Positions 1 to 8,838 are shown, numbered from the stretch's first letter. The stretch is 64,000 nucleotides of DNA from an uncultured virus (IMG/VR IMGVR_UViG_3300025896_000025) (IMGVR_UViG_3300025896_000025), one strand, 5' to 3'. The notes: generated from the letters alone by a model not told the origin. Translations and numbers: made by a program.

Positions 1-740
1 TCGTAGTCCGTCATGTAATAGGTTGGGGATGGATCCCGGTGCGAGACAAGAACCGAGAAGTCCGTTGTCAGTAACTTTTCGAGAAGGAGAGCGACGTAGG
101 GTAGATGGACGTACTCATTCGAGGTGTGCTCACTGGAGAAGCCCGCTGAGATGTTGGTGCATTCGGGAATTAAGTCGGCGTAGCTGTAAGTGTCGGTGTA
201 CAGTCCTCCGTCGTCAGCCTCATGGTCCATACCCAGGAGTGAGCTCATCTGAGCGGCGAACAGTTCACTGGCAGTGCGTTGCATGCACTGATGCGTGATA
301 ATGCTCTTGTAACCACGGCGATCGAACGCGATGGAGAACTCTATGCCTGAGATAAGCTCGGGGGAATGATGGGCGATCCATTCCGATCCCAGTCGTCCGC
401 ACTCCTCACCACGGTGGAAGATGTAGAGACCAGGGACAGATCTGGTGATCATCTGGTGCATCAGGAATACACCGACTGTGTTGTCACCCCCCAGACAGTT
501 GGAGTCCGAGGTCACGTTTCCCTTCTTGTCCAAGGTAACGACCTGGAGACCGTCGGTGCTGTGAACAGTGTCGGTATGACAACTCCACATGATGGGGCTG
601 TCTCCAACACGGACAATCCCGTTCCCGAACTCATCCTGATAGAAACCAGGGAGAGGTCGGAGGTAGGCGTCGATGAAGATCTCCTCGAAGGTAGAGAGGT
701 GGGGCCGCTTATAGTGAAGCATCTCAAGGAAAAGCTTCAT
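1..740 (-). CDS. M20/M28-family zinc peptidase-like protein, 3' end outside the window
   Basis: Not in the ORF track; translated by hand from ATG 740 (ATGA overlap with the upstream stop): MKLFLEMLHYKRP...SCHTDTVH...CLGGDN...FHRGEECG...AFDRRG...EHT. HxD, D, EE, D and H residues match the metal-ligand pattern; open to the window edge. Confidence 0.75.
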   Translation of the reverse strand, partial: MKLFLEMLHYKRPHLSTFEEIFIDAYLRPLPGFYQDEFGNGIVRVGDSPIMWSCHTDTVHSTDGLQVVTLDKKGNVTSDSNCLGGDNTVGVFLMHQMITRSVPGLYIFHRGEECGRLGSEWIAHHSPELISGIEFSIAFDRRGYKSIITHQCMQRTASELFAAQMSSLLGMDHEADDGGLYTDTYSYADLIPECTNISAGFSSEHTSNEYVHLPYVALLLEKLLTTDFSVLVSHRDPSPTYYMTDY

Positions 741-2068
741 GCTGCTGTCGCATACTGGAACGTCAAAACGTACTGACCTCTTGAAGTTACCCGATACCGA
801 TAATCTGTCCATGAGATTTGGTTCGCTTCGAGGTACGAGATTGAGGAACGTTGATCGGGGAAGATTTTGATTAGCGGACGATCCGGACGACATACTTCAT
901 CTTCCTTACTCTTGTGGATCCAGATTCCATCAAACTGAACCATGTTGTCGACATGATACCACTGGCGGGTGAGATCGCAGAACTGGTAGTTCTCATCATC
1001 GTTCAGAGCGTCAGGTGATGCGAGCTCACCATCCGGGGCGATGACCACGAGTTCGCCGGAGAGCCAGAGCCCGTCGGTCAGGAAACAACGGGCCGTGGTG
1101 TCGTTCAGCTCATTGTCATGGACGTAGGTTGTGCCGTAACGATAGAGGACTTCAGTAGCCTCATCACGAGGGATAGCCTCACCTTCGTAGTCAGTGACGA
1201 AACACTCGTTGTAACAGGACTCGCAATACCTCTCATCGTTGTGGTGACAGCATTCATCAGGATCGACGGAACACTGACACTCGGAGCACTCGTAGGTTCT
1301 GCAGTCAACATAGCCAGCGGTGGTGGTGAGCTCGACATCTCCATCATCGGAGAGTGTCAGGTACTGATCACAGAGAATGGCCTCCATGGGGGAGTAGCGA
1401 GCACATGCAGAATCCCCTCCATCTACATAAGGGGCGATGATGTAGTCACTGTTTTCCCGGTTGATGCGGAGGAGACGACAGCCCTTAAAGGAGACAGCCT
1501 TACCGTAACCTTCGGCAGTGAGAGAGGCTAGGAGACGAACATCGTCGCCGTAGAGGCGCATGTAGCCGCGAGGTTCGGAGGTACGGATGACGGCGCGACC
1601 TACGATCCGATCCCCGGCTCCCTTGATGTAAGCCACGGCGGTGTCGGGGCCAGCGTAGACCTCGGAGGGGTGGCACTCAAGGGAACTGAACCTCTCAGAC
1701 ATGCACGAGTTGGGACCGTTCTTGTAGACGTGGGCGATCTCCTCACGAGTGCGAGCGATGAACAGTTCTGAAGACTTGGTGGTCGCTGAGATGAGACCGG
1801 CGAGGCGGGCCACCTCGGGCGGGGGAAGATCCGGGAAATACTTCGTGAGGTACTTGCCGGGTTTGATGGTGGTCTGACGGTCTCGCTCTCCGTGAGCTGA
1901 GGACTGGGTGAACGCGACGTTCCCGGGTGTGGTTTCGGATAGATGAAGGAAATGCCCCGGATACTGGGTCAGGTTCTCAGGCCAAGGGACAGGCTGGTAC
2001 TCACCCAAGTCGAAGCGGCTGTGCTCGCGCTCGAACCAATCGGGTGGGTTGCTGAGATCGTAGGTCAT
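737..2068 (-). CDS. Phage protein with a GPNSCM motif and a Cys-rich (CxxC) C-terminal region
   Basis: 443-aa ORF coupled to both neighbours; CSECQC, CESC motifs. Confidence 0.7.
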   Translation of the reverse strand: MTYDLSNPPDWFEREHSRFDLGEYQPVPWPENLTQYPGHFLHLSETTPGNVAFTQSSAHGERDRQTTIKPGKYLTKYFPDLPPPEVARLAGLISATTKSSELFIARTREEIAHVYKNGPNSCMSERFSSLECHPSEVYAGPDTAVAYIKGAGDRIVGRAVIRTSEPRGYMRLYGDDVRLLASLTAEGYGKAVSFKGCRLLRINRENSDYIIAPYVDGGDSACARYSPMEAILCDQYLTLSDDGDVELTTTAGYVDCRTYECSECQCSVDPDECCHHNDERYCESCYNECFVTDYEGEAIPRDEATEVLYRYGTTYVHDNELNDTTARCFLTDGLWLSGELVVIAPDGELASPDALNDDENYQFCDLTRQWYHVDNMVQFDGIWIHKSKEDEVCRPDRPLIKIFPDQRSSISYLEANQISWTDYRYRVTSRGQYVLTFQYATAA

Positions 2069-2466
2069 TTGTAGGACTCCACTGCACGATCTACGCGGTG
2101 ATTGAAGGATTCGATATCGTTGTCTTCCAGAGAAACAAATGCTTCATGTAGATTCATCCAGAATTGGGGGTGCATGGTGTCACTCCAAGCGAATACCTCG
2201 TCGATAGATCTATAAAGAGTTCGAATGTAAATGGGCATGTGGAAGCCCAAACCATAATCAGGGAAGGCGGACGTGCCGGCGAGAGACACTGCGGTGGCGA
2301 TACTCTCCTCGAACTCCAGAACGTCGTCCTCTGCCAAGTGATTGAAGGCGTTTCTCACATTCTTCCAGAAAGCTCGCTTATGCTTCGTTTTATCCCATCC
2401 GAAGCCGTAGTTAAGTGAATCTGATACACATCGAGCGGCCTCTGCATTGTACTTGAATTCAGACAT
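2065..2466 (-). CDS. Hypothetical protein with an internal duplication
   Basis: ATG 2466 preceded by GGAGG; two related halves, FGWDKTKHKRAFWKNV and FAWSDTMHPQFWMNL. Confidence 0.65.
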   Translation of the reverse strand: MSEFKYNAEAARCVSDSLNYGFGWDKTKHKRAFWKNVRNAFNHLAEDDVLEFEESIATAVSLAGTSAFPDYGLGFHMPIYIRTLYRSIDEVFAWSDTMHPQFWMNLHEAFVSLEDNDIESFNHRVDRAVESYK

Positions 2467-2821
2467 GGGGAACCTCCAAGCTATGACCACGAGCGAACTC
2501 TTCCAAGTTCAACTTCATCTCTTCAGGATTGTCTACGGAGTCGTGGCAATCCTGAAGAGATGAGAGAAAGAAGAGGTCTTCGCCCGTTAGTTGTGTAGTC
2601 AGACCCAGCGCGTGGCGGAACTGCTTCTCATAAGAGGGGCAGGGGGTCTCGCCCTCAAGATCAGATGAGTAGAGCTCATCTGAGATGCAGTGGCCGATGG
2701 CACACTTGAGGCCATTCTCGGTTCGATATGCACAGACCTGCTCGTCTTCGTCGACGGCACGGATAAAGCCTTGAGAGGCGAGGCCAAGGTAGGCTTTGGT
2801 GAAGATTTCTTGGCGGTTCAT
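2459..2821 (-). CDS. Hypothetical protein, paralogue of 2818-3150
   Basis: Shares FTKAYLGLASQGF, LKCAIGHCI and LQxCHD with the adjacent gene. Confidence 0.8.
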   Translation of the reverse strand: MNRQEIFTKAYLGLASQGFIRAVDEDEQVCAYRTENGLKCAIGHCISDELYSSDLEGETPCPSYEKQFRHALGLTTQLTGEDLFFLSSLQDCHDSVDNPEEMKLNLEEFARGHSLEVPHV

Positions 2822-3150
2822 GACTGAGGGACCTCCAGGCCATAGTGTTTGGCGAAGGCTAGTAGGCGAGACTTCATGTCCTCTGACGACTGTGCGTCGT
2901 CATGGCATATTTGAAGACGGTTAAGCTTCCAACCGAAGGCATTATCGATGTTCAAAACGTGACTGGCAGAGCCACCTTCGAAAGAGGAACGATATTCATC
3001 ATCAGGGATACAGTGACCGATGGCACACTTGAGACCGTTTGGTCCTCGGTAGAGACAACGACCGCCCTCAGAGGATTTCACGAAGCCTTGAGAGGCCAGA
3101 CCAAGGTAGGCTTTGGTGAAGTAGTCTTGGAGAGTCATTGGTTCATCCAT
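2818..3150 (-). CDS. Hypothetical protein, paralogue of 2459-2821
   Basis: Same shared motifs; ATGA coupling. Confidence 0.8.
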   Translation of the reverse strand: MDEPMTLQDYFTKAYLGLASQGFVKSSEGGRCLYRGPNGLKCAIGHCIPDDEYRSSFEGGSASHVLNIDNAFGWKLNRLQICHDDAQSSEDMKSRLLAFAKHYGLEVPQS

Positions 3151-3587
3151 TCTGCAATGTGCGGGTGGTGCTTACCGATAAGCAGTAGCTCTTCCTCGAA
3201 TCCTCGGAACCGTTCCTTGTTGAACGGTTCATCCAAGGAGAGCATCGCCATGAGTTCTATGTGGTCGTGCGTCAGGGGGTCTAGGAAGGCCGTAGGAAGG
3301 GGGGGATGGAAGTGATGGGGGTTCACACACAGATCCAGGTCACACACCTCCTTGAGCCTCTGGAGGCGCTTGGGAGGTGGTATGCCGTAGAGCTCGGTGA
3401 AGAAGACCCGTTGGGGGGTGGTCTTCTGATTGCCGAGCCGGATGGTGGGCCGTGGTTTGTAGGTGATATGGTATATACCGGATTTACCGGAGCGGGGGGC
3501 AGGACAGGATAGGGGACCGTGCCAGAGCCAGTGTTGGTCCGGGGTGGTGGTTACATATCGGAGGATGGAAGAGGGGGTGTTTGCCAT
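3135..3587 (-). CDS. Degenerate His-Me/HNH-like protein
   Basis: HWLWHG...CDLDLCVNPHH resembles the WxWxG...CxxxxCVNPxHL pattern of phage HNH proteins. Confidence 0.5.
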   Translation of the reverse strand: MANTPSSILRYVTTTPDQHWLWHGPLSCPAPRSGKSGIYHITYKPRPTIRLGNQKTTPQRVFFTELYGIPPPKRLQRLKEVCDLDLCVNPHHFHPPLPTAFLDPLTHDHIELMAMLSLDEPFNKERFRGFEEELLLIGKHHPHIAEWMNQ

Positions 3588-3657
3588 GCGAGTTAGATGG
3601 CAGGGAGGATGGGGGGTGTCGAGAGATCGTTATTGGATAACAAATGAGATTGGGGAG

Positions 3658-3994
3658 AAAAGCCCCAAAAAAGAAGGGTCATTCAATATACTAAGGATTT
3701 TGATTGTTATTGGATAATGAATGATTTACAGGGGGGTTCCGGTTGGGGTACTTTTTTGGGGCCTTTTTGGAGGGGCGCGAGGTAGGTTTGCCGTTTTGGA
3801 TTTTACCGTTGGGATAGGTAAGTATTAAGTATAAGTATTCTTTTTTCTCTAAGCGGATCTAAAGGAGGGGAGGAAGAAAGAAGAAAGAAGAAAGAAGAAA
3901 GAAGAAAGAAGAAAGAAGAAAGATAAGTTATTCATTATCTAATAAGGATTAAAATTCTTAGAGTATTGAATGGGGGTTCTTTTTTGGGGCTTTT
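3658..3994. repeat. 71-bp imperfect inverted repeat (3658-3728 / 3924-3994); putative replication origin or control region
   Basis: Gapless manual alignment, 58/71 complementary; lies in a ~520-bp non-coding AT-rich gap. Confidence 0.85.
3874..3922 (+). repeat. Tandem heptamer (AAGAAAG)x7
   Basis: Seven perfect copies read directly. Confidence 0.95.
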
Positions 3995-4112
3995 TTACGT
4001 CCCAGTCAACCCTTGCGGCCCCAGAGACCGTATTTTGTAATAAAGAACCTTGTTTGTAGAAAGATTATTACTATATTAGGTTTATACAACACGTATTATT
4101 AGAGAACTCTCC

Positions 4113-4781
4113 ATGGACATTACGACGCGCAGCGAAGCGATAAGATTGGGTTTGGCCCATTACTACACCGGGAAACCGTGCAAACACGGCCACTTGTCAC
4201 TTCGTCGGGTAGTTGGGGGCATCTGCCTCAGTTGCCACAGTCATAAGAAAGAGAACGGTTACTTTCAGGAAGCGGGCAAGAAATTCAGAGACCTGAACCC
4301 TGATTACGCTAAAGAATATCGGACGAAGCAGAAAACTAAGGATTCAAACAACACCCCCACAACGGGTGAACAGAGACTACTTAATTGTAAGAAGAAACAG
4401 AAAGAGTGGCGACAAAATAACAAAGCTAGAGTTCGTGATAAGAACAAAGAGTGGCGTGATAGCAATGCAGAGAGACTACTTACTGCAACAATTATTCGAA
4501 CATATCGTATAGCTCTTGCGACACCAAAATGGGTTAATGTTGACGATATTATTAGGCTTCACCTTTCAAAGACTGAGGATCAGCAGCTCGACCACGGCAT
4601 TCCATTAGCTCATGACCTTGTATGCGGACTTCACGTTCCGTGTAACCTTGATTTAGTTCCTGCTAATAAAAACCGAGCAAAATATAATCACTTCGATCCT
4701 GATGAGTGGTCGTACTCAGAAGCAGAGAGTAGATTTGTTCGAACGATACTTCCCTCCGCTCCCGATTATGACGAAGATTAG
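4113..4781 (+). CDS. HNH homing endonuclease
   Basis: N-terminal YYTGKPCKHGH...CLSC; C-terminal DHGIPL...VCGLHVPCNL...N; AT-rich and opposite to its neighbours. Confidence 0.85.
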   Translation: MDITTRSEAIRLGLAHYYTGKPCKHGHLSLRRVVGGICLSCHSHKKENGYFQEAGKKFRDLNPDYAKEYRTKQKTKDSNNTPTTGEQRLLNCKKKQKEWRQNNKARVRDKNKEWRDSNAERLLTATIIRTYRIALATPKWVNVDDIIRLHLSKTEDQQLDHGIPLAHDLVCGLHVPCNLDLVPANKNRAKYNHFDPDEWSYSEAESRFVRTILPSAPDYDED

Positions 4782-4786
4782 AGCAT

Positions 4787-4978
4787 CTACCCCACCACCA
4801 CGGCTTGAATGTCATATCGAAACGTGTCCCAGGCCCTAGAAACGCGGTCCTTGTCACCAACCAGGGCCTGCACCTCAACACGGCTCAGGACCGCCAATCC
4901 GTCCTTTTTATCCGGAACATAGACCAGCATACTCGGAGGGAGGTGCTTGAGCCTGTTGATTAGGTCGGAGATGGTCAT
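4787..4978 (-). CDS. Small hypothetical protein (MTISDLI family)
   Basis: ORF track; ATGA coupling with the upstream micro-ORF. Confidence 0.6.
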   Translation of the reverse strand: MTISDLINRLKHLPPSMLVYVPDKKDGLAVLSRVEVQALVGDKDRVSRAWDTFRYDIQAVVVG

Positions 4979-5043
4979 TCCTCGATCTCCCTGAACTCAT
5001 CCGGCACGTAGCCTAGAAGCTTGATCAGTTGTTCAATCGTCAT
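4975..5043 (-). CDS. 22-aa micro-ORF MTIEQLIKLLGYVPDEFREIEE
   Basis: Hand translation; overlaps the stop upstream and the start downstream; N-terminus resembles its neighbours. Confidence 0.45.
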   Translation of the reverse strand: MTIEQLIKLLGYVPDEFREIEE

Positions 5044-5384
5044 CACACGTACCTCACCTCCAAACCATACTGGTCACAAGCCGCAACCACCCGTGCCAAC
5101 GTCACATCGTGGCATCGAAACCTGAACAGCACCTCAACCCCCACACCTACGGCATAGACGTCCGAGAAGCCTGGAACCGGGTCCCAGTGAAGGCGGTTGA
5201 CGTGGATTGATCGTGGTTTGACCAAGGGCATCGGTGGCTTCCTTGTACGCTTGTGGAAGTAGTGATCCGCGAGCACATCATGCCTAGGAGTCGACGTGAG
5301 ATATGCTGTCCGGGTATGGTCATCCCAACCATGGTATGAGGCGAGAGCGTCGGCGAGGGGGAGGTCGTGGAGGTTGGGGTTCAA
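5043..5384 (-). CDS. Hypothetical protein
   Basis: ORF track; packs tightly between neighbours. Confidence 0.6.
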   Translation of the reverse strand: MNPNLHDLPLADALASYHGWDDHTRTAYLTSTPRHDVLADHYFHKRTRKPPMPLVKPRSIHVNRLHWDPVPGFSDVYAVGVGVEVLFRFRCHDVTLARVVAACDQYGLEVRYV

Positions 5385-5578
5385 ATCATTACACCTTCAA
5401 TATCGGTGTCTTCCGGCTTCTGCATAGGTGATACCACGTTGTAGCCACTTATTTCAGATTTTCGAAATTTAACCACCTTCAGTTCCTCAGTCTCATGCCA
5501 TTGATAGGACCCAAACGTGAAGGTCTTCAGGTTTGGGTCCAACTTCGAGAGTTCGGTAATCAGTTCAGCTACAGTCAT
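5381..5578 (-). CDS. Small hypothetical protein (MTVAELI family)
   Basis: ORF track. Confidence 0.65.
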   Translation of the reverse strand: MTVAELITELSKLDPNLKTFTFGSYQWHETEELKVVKFRKSEISGYNVVSPMQKPEDTDIEGVMI

Positions 5579-5589
5579 GTCATCTTTTC

Positions 5590-5742
5590 CTAGTAAATTT
5601 GAAGCACGAGCTTGGTTAAGGTGGGAACCAACTGCATCTTTGGTTCAACAAAACAAGGTTCCGCTTCACCAAGCGTGTCTACTACCACCTCGGTCTGAAG
5701 GTCGAGTTTCTGAAGCTCAGCGATTAGTTCAGCTACGGTCAT
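5590..5742 (-). CDS. 50-aa hypothetical protein (MTVAELIAELQKLD...)
   Basis: Hand translation; N-terminus nearly identical to 5381-5578. Confidence 0.6.
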   Translation of the reverse strand: MTVAELIAELQKLDLQTEVVVDTLGEAEPCFVEPKMQLVPTLTKLVLQIY

Positions 5743-5743
5743 G

Positions 5744-6067
5744 TCAGTCTTCTACCTTGGCAATAGCAGCTAGAACCTTGTCAGCGAAGTCCTCAAATCG
5801 AACCTTGCGACCGAGACCAAGTTTCTTTGAGAGACAGTTCGTCGTATCACAGAGTTGTTCGATATTCTGCTTAGCTTGTTTCAGGTCTTTGAGCATATCG
5901 GGTGCAGCAGTGATGAGCTTGGTATTGGCTGCTAACTCCTGGCTACCGTTACCATGAGCTTGAGCTTGAGCTACGGAGCTTTCTGTGCCGGGATGGACTT
6001 TGCTTGGGCCTCGGACTAGGCCCGATGGAATGGGGGCAACCCACAACCCTGGTGTATGTCCTGGCAT
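5744..6067 (-). CDS. Hypothetical phage protein (HTPGxW...ANxxLIxAAPD type)
   Basis: Common phage early-protein motif; AGGAG RBS. Confidence 0.7.
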   Translation of the reverse strand: MPGHTPGLWVAPIPSGLVRGPSKVHPGTESSVAQAQAHGNGSQELAANTKLITAAPDMLKDLKQAKQNIEQLCDTTNCLSKKLGLGRKVRFEDFADKVLAAIAKVED

Positions 6068-6097
6068 CAACTCAACTCCTTTGTAAGCTTAAGGGAA

Positions 6098-6334
6098 TTA
6101 TCTCGGGGACTTCTTCACGAGCATCTTGCTTATGTGTACGTCCTCAACAACGTAACGTTCGTGTTTGATAAAGACCTCGTCCCCCAATTCAAGACCTTCA
6201 ACCCTGTCCGTGACGACATAACCTTCGGGGTCATTAGGAGGTACACACCATATACTATCCCCTTCGGAATGTGACCGAACTGAGTATCCATGCTGTTCAA
6301 GGAACTCTATAGCCTTAGAAACAGTTAATGTCAT
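6098..6334 (-). CDS. Hypothetical protein
   Basis: ORF track; GGGAG RBS. Confidence 0.6.
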   Translation of the reverse strand: MTLTVSKAIEFLEQHGYSVRSHSEGDSIWCVPPNDPEGYVVTDRVEGLELGDEVFIKHERYVVEDVHISKMLVKKSPR

Positions 6335-6498
6335 CAATTCAACTCCCTCTCATAAGCCTCTGTCGCCATCAACTGAGCCTCCCCATCCAGTGCCCCAGAA
6401 GCGCGAGCCTCCTCGTAGGCCAGTCGAGCTCGAAACTTGGCTTTGAGCTCACGAGCGAGATGGTGGAATGCGATTGGGATTAGGTAGATCATGATCAT
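6334..6498 (-). CDS. 54-aa hypothetical protein
   Basis: Hand translation MIMIYLIPIAFHHLARELK...; its TGA overlaps the next ATG. Confidence 0.5.
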   Translation of the reverse strand: MIMIYLIPIAFHHLARELKAKFRARLAYEEARASGALDGEAQLMATEAYERELN

Positions 6499-6571
6499 AA
6501 ACCCTATGGGGTGCGCGCGGGGGAAGCTTTTGGATTTTAGCCTAGGCTACACTGTGACAGTTGTGTGACGA

Positions 6572-6883
6572 TTACTCATCCTCCACAAATTCTCTAGCTA
6601 CAGTTTCACATGCGTACCATACCATGAGATTCTTGAATGTGTTCCAATCTCCCAGCATGTCGGCCCGACCAAACCCACTGATCATCTCAGCCACGTTCTT
6701 GCAGCCCATGTCCTCTGCATCTTGAACGGCCATCTCCCAGATTTCTTCCCCGAACTTATCGAAGAGTTCAACCGTGTCGTTAGTGTAGGTGATGTAGGGG
6801 AAACCGCCGGCTGCCCCGTGGTTCACGATATCGGACGCATACTCGGATAGATTGGCTTTGAACCAATCGCGGAAGGTGGTCAT
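6572..6883 (-). CDS. Acidic small early protein
   Basis: 103 aa with 20 D/E versus 7 K/R; preceded by the hairpin motif. Confidence 0.7.
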   Translation of the reverse strand: MTTFRDWFKANLSEYASDIVNHGAAGGFPYITYTNDTVELFDKFGEEIWEMAVQDAEDMGCKNVAEMISGFGRADMLGDWNTFKNLMVWYACETVAREFVEDE

Positions 6884-6903
6884 TTCACTTACCCAATAAG
6901 TGG

Positions 6904-7200
6904 TTACGCATCAGACGCAGCTAGCCCCTGAGCCGCTTTCTTGGCAGCCCTGATGTTATCATACCCTTGGAATCCAGCACCGACGGTTGATATGGCGCCC
7001 GTCTCCCAATTCAGCCTACGGACGCTGTAGGCCCTTCGATGCCCAGACAGTTTCTCTGAGCTCACGAAGAATGCATCTGAGCCCTCGCGCTTGGCATATC
7101 CATCCTGACACAAGCGCGTCTTGAAGAAACTGTTCGATTTCGGCTCAAACCAGCAGTCAGAGTGGCGACGCTGGATCTCCCACATTGCGAGGGTGATCAT
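6904..7200 (-). CDS. Hypothetical phage protein
   Basis: WF...FFKTR...FFVSSE...YSVR motif; ATGA coupling. Confidence 0.65.
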   Translation of the reverse strand: MITLAMWEIQRRHSDCWFEPKSNSFFKTRLCQDGYAKREGSDAFFVSSEKLSGHRRAYSVRRLNWETGAISTVGAGFQGYDNIRAAKKAAQGLAASDA

Positions 7201-7580
7201 GACACGTAACTCACCAACTCCTTGCCCACAATGTAGGCCAGAACCTCGCTGCGATCCATGTGATACCAGTCCTCCCAGTTCACATTGAAAAACTCATCTC
7301 CCTCGTGGAACGGTTCGGGCTCACTTTCCTGCCAACCTCCAGCGAACGTATCGATCCATAAATCCGACACGTCGCCCAATGCAGCCGAAATCTTGTCACA
7401 TGCAGCACTGAAATCGAACTGAGTGGCGCCCTCGTTGAACAAGGAGCAGGCTTCTCCATCCTTGTCGAGAAAGAGTGGACCACTGTAAATGTCGAAATTG
7501 GCCTGACGGATGAGTGTTTTGATCTCAGGTGTGAGATTGAGGGATTCAACGTAGTTGGATAGTTCAGATTCGTATTTCAT
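7197..7580 (-). CDS. Acidic hypothetical protein
   Basis: ATG 7580 with GGGAG RBS. Confidence 0.65.
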   Translation of the reverse strand: MKYESELSNYVESLNLTPEIKTLIRQANFDIYSGPLFLDKDGEACSLFNEGATQFDFSAACDKISAALGDVSDLWIDTFAGGWQESEPEPFHEGDEFFNVNWEDWYHMDRSEVLAYIVGKELVSYVS

Positions 7581-7645
7581 CTCAATCTCCCATAAACTCG
7601 ATATCACACGCACCAAGGGTGGTTAGGTCAGCTATGGGCATGGCA

Positions 7646-8263
7646 TTAGCTCCCATAAATCTTACCGTCGTCACCGACGTAGAGATCGAACTCTCCAAAG
7701 GCTTTTGACGCCTTGGTTAGTGTCTCACCTACATCATCCGGCCAATCACCATCCCAGAACCCAGCACCGTGGCCGTTCCTCGTGAGCCAGAAATCATGGC
7801 CAGCTTGTGACATCGTTCCATGTTCAAGGATAAGATCTTCATTATCTTCCCTGAAGCTAGCGCAGTCCTGTCCCATTTTGGCCAGAGTCTCAGGTGCTAT
7901 GTCCTCGGGACCATAGTTATCATCGAGAGGATCCCCGCCTGTCTCTGGATCGCTGTTATCGTTTGTGCTCCATAGGGCGCAGGCAACGTATGCTTCCATG
8001 AATTCATCTGCTACCTGATATGGAAAATTCTCCTCCTGGTCAGCGAGATAATTCAAGGCATCGTTCAGCTCGTCAGCCTCACCAACGTCGTAATCCGATG
8101 GTTTCTTCTGAACGGTAAGCCTTGCCTGATGCAACTCCGACCAGCATCTGGATACGTGTTCCTTGTCCCAGAGCTTACCCGTGCTGAGCAGTGAATAGAG
8201 ACCGCTATCTTGCCCGCCATGCCAAGCCTCAGCGATTCCAATCAGCTTCTTAATGTTCATCAT
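7646..8263 (-). CDS. Acidic hypothetical protein with GHDFWLTRNGHGAGFWD motif
   Basis: ORF track; preceded by the hairpin motif. Confidence 0.7.
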   Translation of the reverse strand: MMNIKKLIGIAEAWHGGQDSGLYSLLSTGKLWDKEHVSRCWSELHQARLTVQKKPSDYDVGEADELNDALNYLADQEENFPYQVADEFMEAYVACALWSTNDNSDPETGGDPLDDNYGPEDIAPETLAKMGQDCASFREDNEDLILEHGTMSQAGHDFWLTRNGHGAGFWDGDWPDDVGETLTKASKAFGEFDLYVGDDGKIYGS

Positions 8264-8353
8264 CTCACTTACCCGATAAGCACCTGGAAACTAGGCATGG
8301 TTCATCTGTCAGGATCGTCTGGATTTCTGAGGGTCGCGGATACTAAGCCTGTG

Positions 8354-8509
8354 TCACTCTACCTCATGATTAAGAAAGTAGTCTGCGTTATCCACAGCTT
8401 CACAGGCTTGCTCCAGTACATCACCAGCTAGAAATCCATCGTTAATGCACGCTTTAAGCACCATCATTAACTCTTTGATGATTTCTTCAGCAGTTTGCAA
8501 ACTATCCAT
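8354..8509 (-). CDS. 51-aa acidic hypothetical protein
   Basis: Hand translation MDSLQTAEEIIKELMM...HEVE; GAGG RBS plus hairpin motif. Confidence 0.6.
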   Translation of the reverse strand: MDSLQTAEEIIKELMMVLKACINDGFLAGDVLEQACEAVDNADYFLNHEVE

Positions 8510-8599
8510 TGTCCGTTCCTCACTTACCAGTAAGCACCTAAACTCTAGTCACGCTCAATCGTGCCCTAGCATGTGTAGGGCACTCAGAGAGTGAGCTAT

Positions 8600-8758
8600 T
8601 CACCACCCTACAACGCTACTAAGATGGGTTGCTTTTCCAACTTCTTTCTTTGAAACCTTAGAGCTTGACATTAAGATGATTTTAGAAGCTTGACGAATTT
8701 CTTCGCAAGTATGACTGTTAGCATTGTTGATTATATTACGTGCCTCATCTAAGGTCAT
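8600..8758 (-). CDS. 52-aa hypothetical protein (MTLDEARNII...)
   Basis: ATG 8758 with GAGG RBS plus hairpin motif. Confidence 0.6.
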   Translation of the reverse strand: MTLDEARNIINNANSHTCEEIRQASKIILMSSSKVSKKEVGKATHLSSVVGW

Positions 8759-8785
8759 AGCGTCCTCGCTTACCGATAAGCGTTT

Positions 8786-8838
8786 ATGCGGATAGTCGCA
8801 GAAAGCTATCTCTTGCAGCTTTCTGCGACTATCCGCAT
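8786..8838. promoter_or_regulatory. Perfect 22-bp stem-loop (processing or regulatory hairpin)
   Basis: ATGCGGATAGTCGCAGAAAGCT, 9-nt loop, then its exact reverse complement; intergenic, no clear U-tract. Confidence 0.75.

Noticed and set aside
23..776. Plus-strand ORFs 23-298 and 366-776
   Set aside because: Antisense shadows of the minus-strand peptidase gene.
3874..3922. CRISPR-like array
   Set aside because: Contiguous 7-nt units with no spacers and no cas genes.
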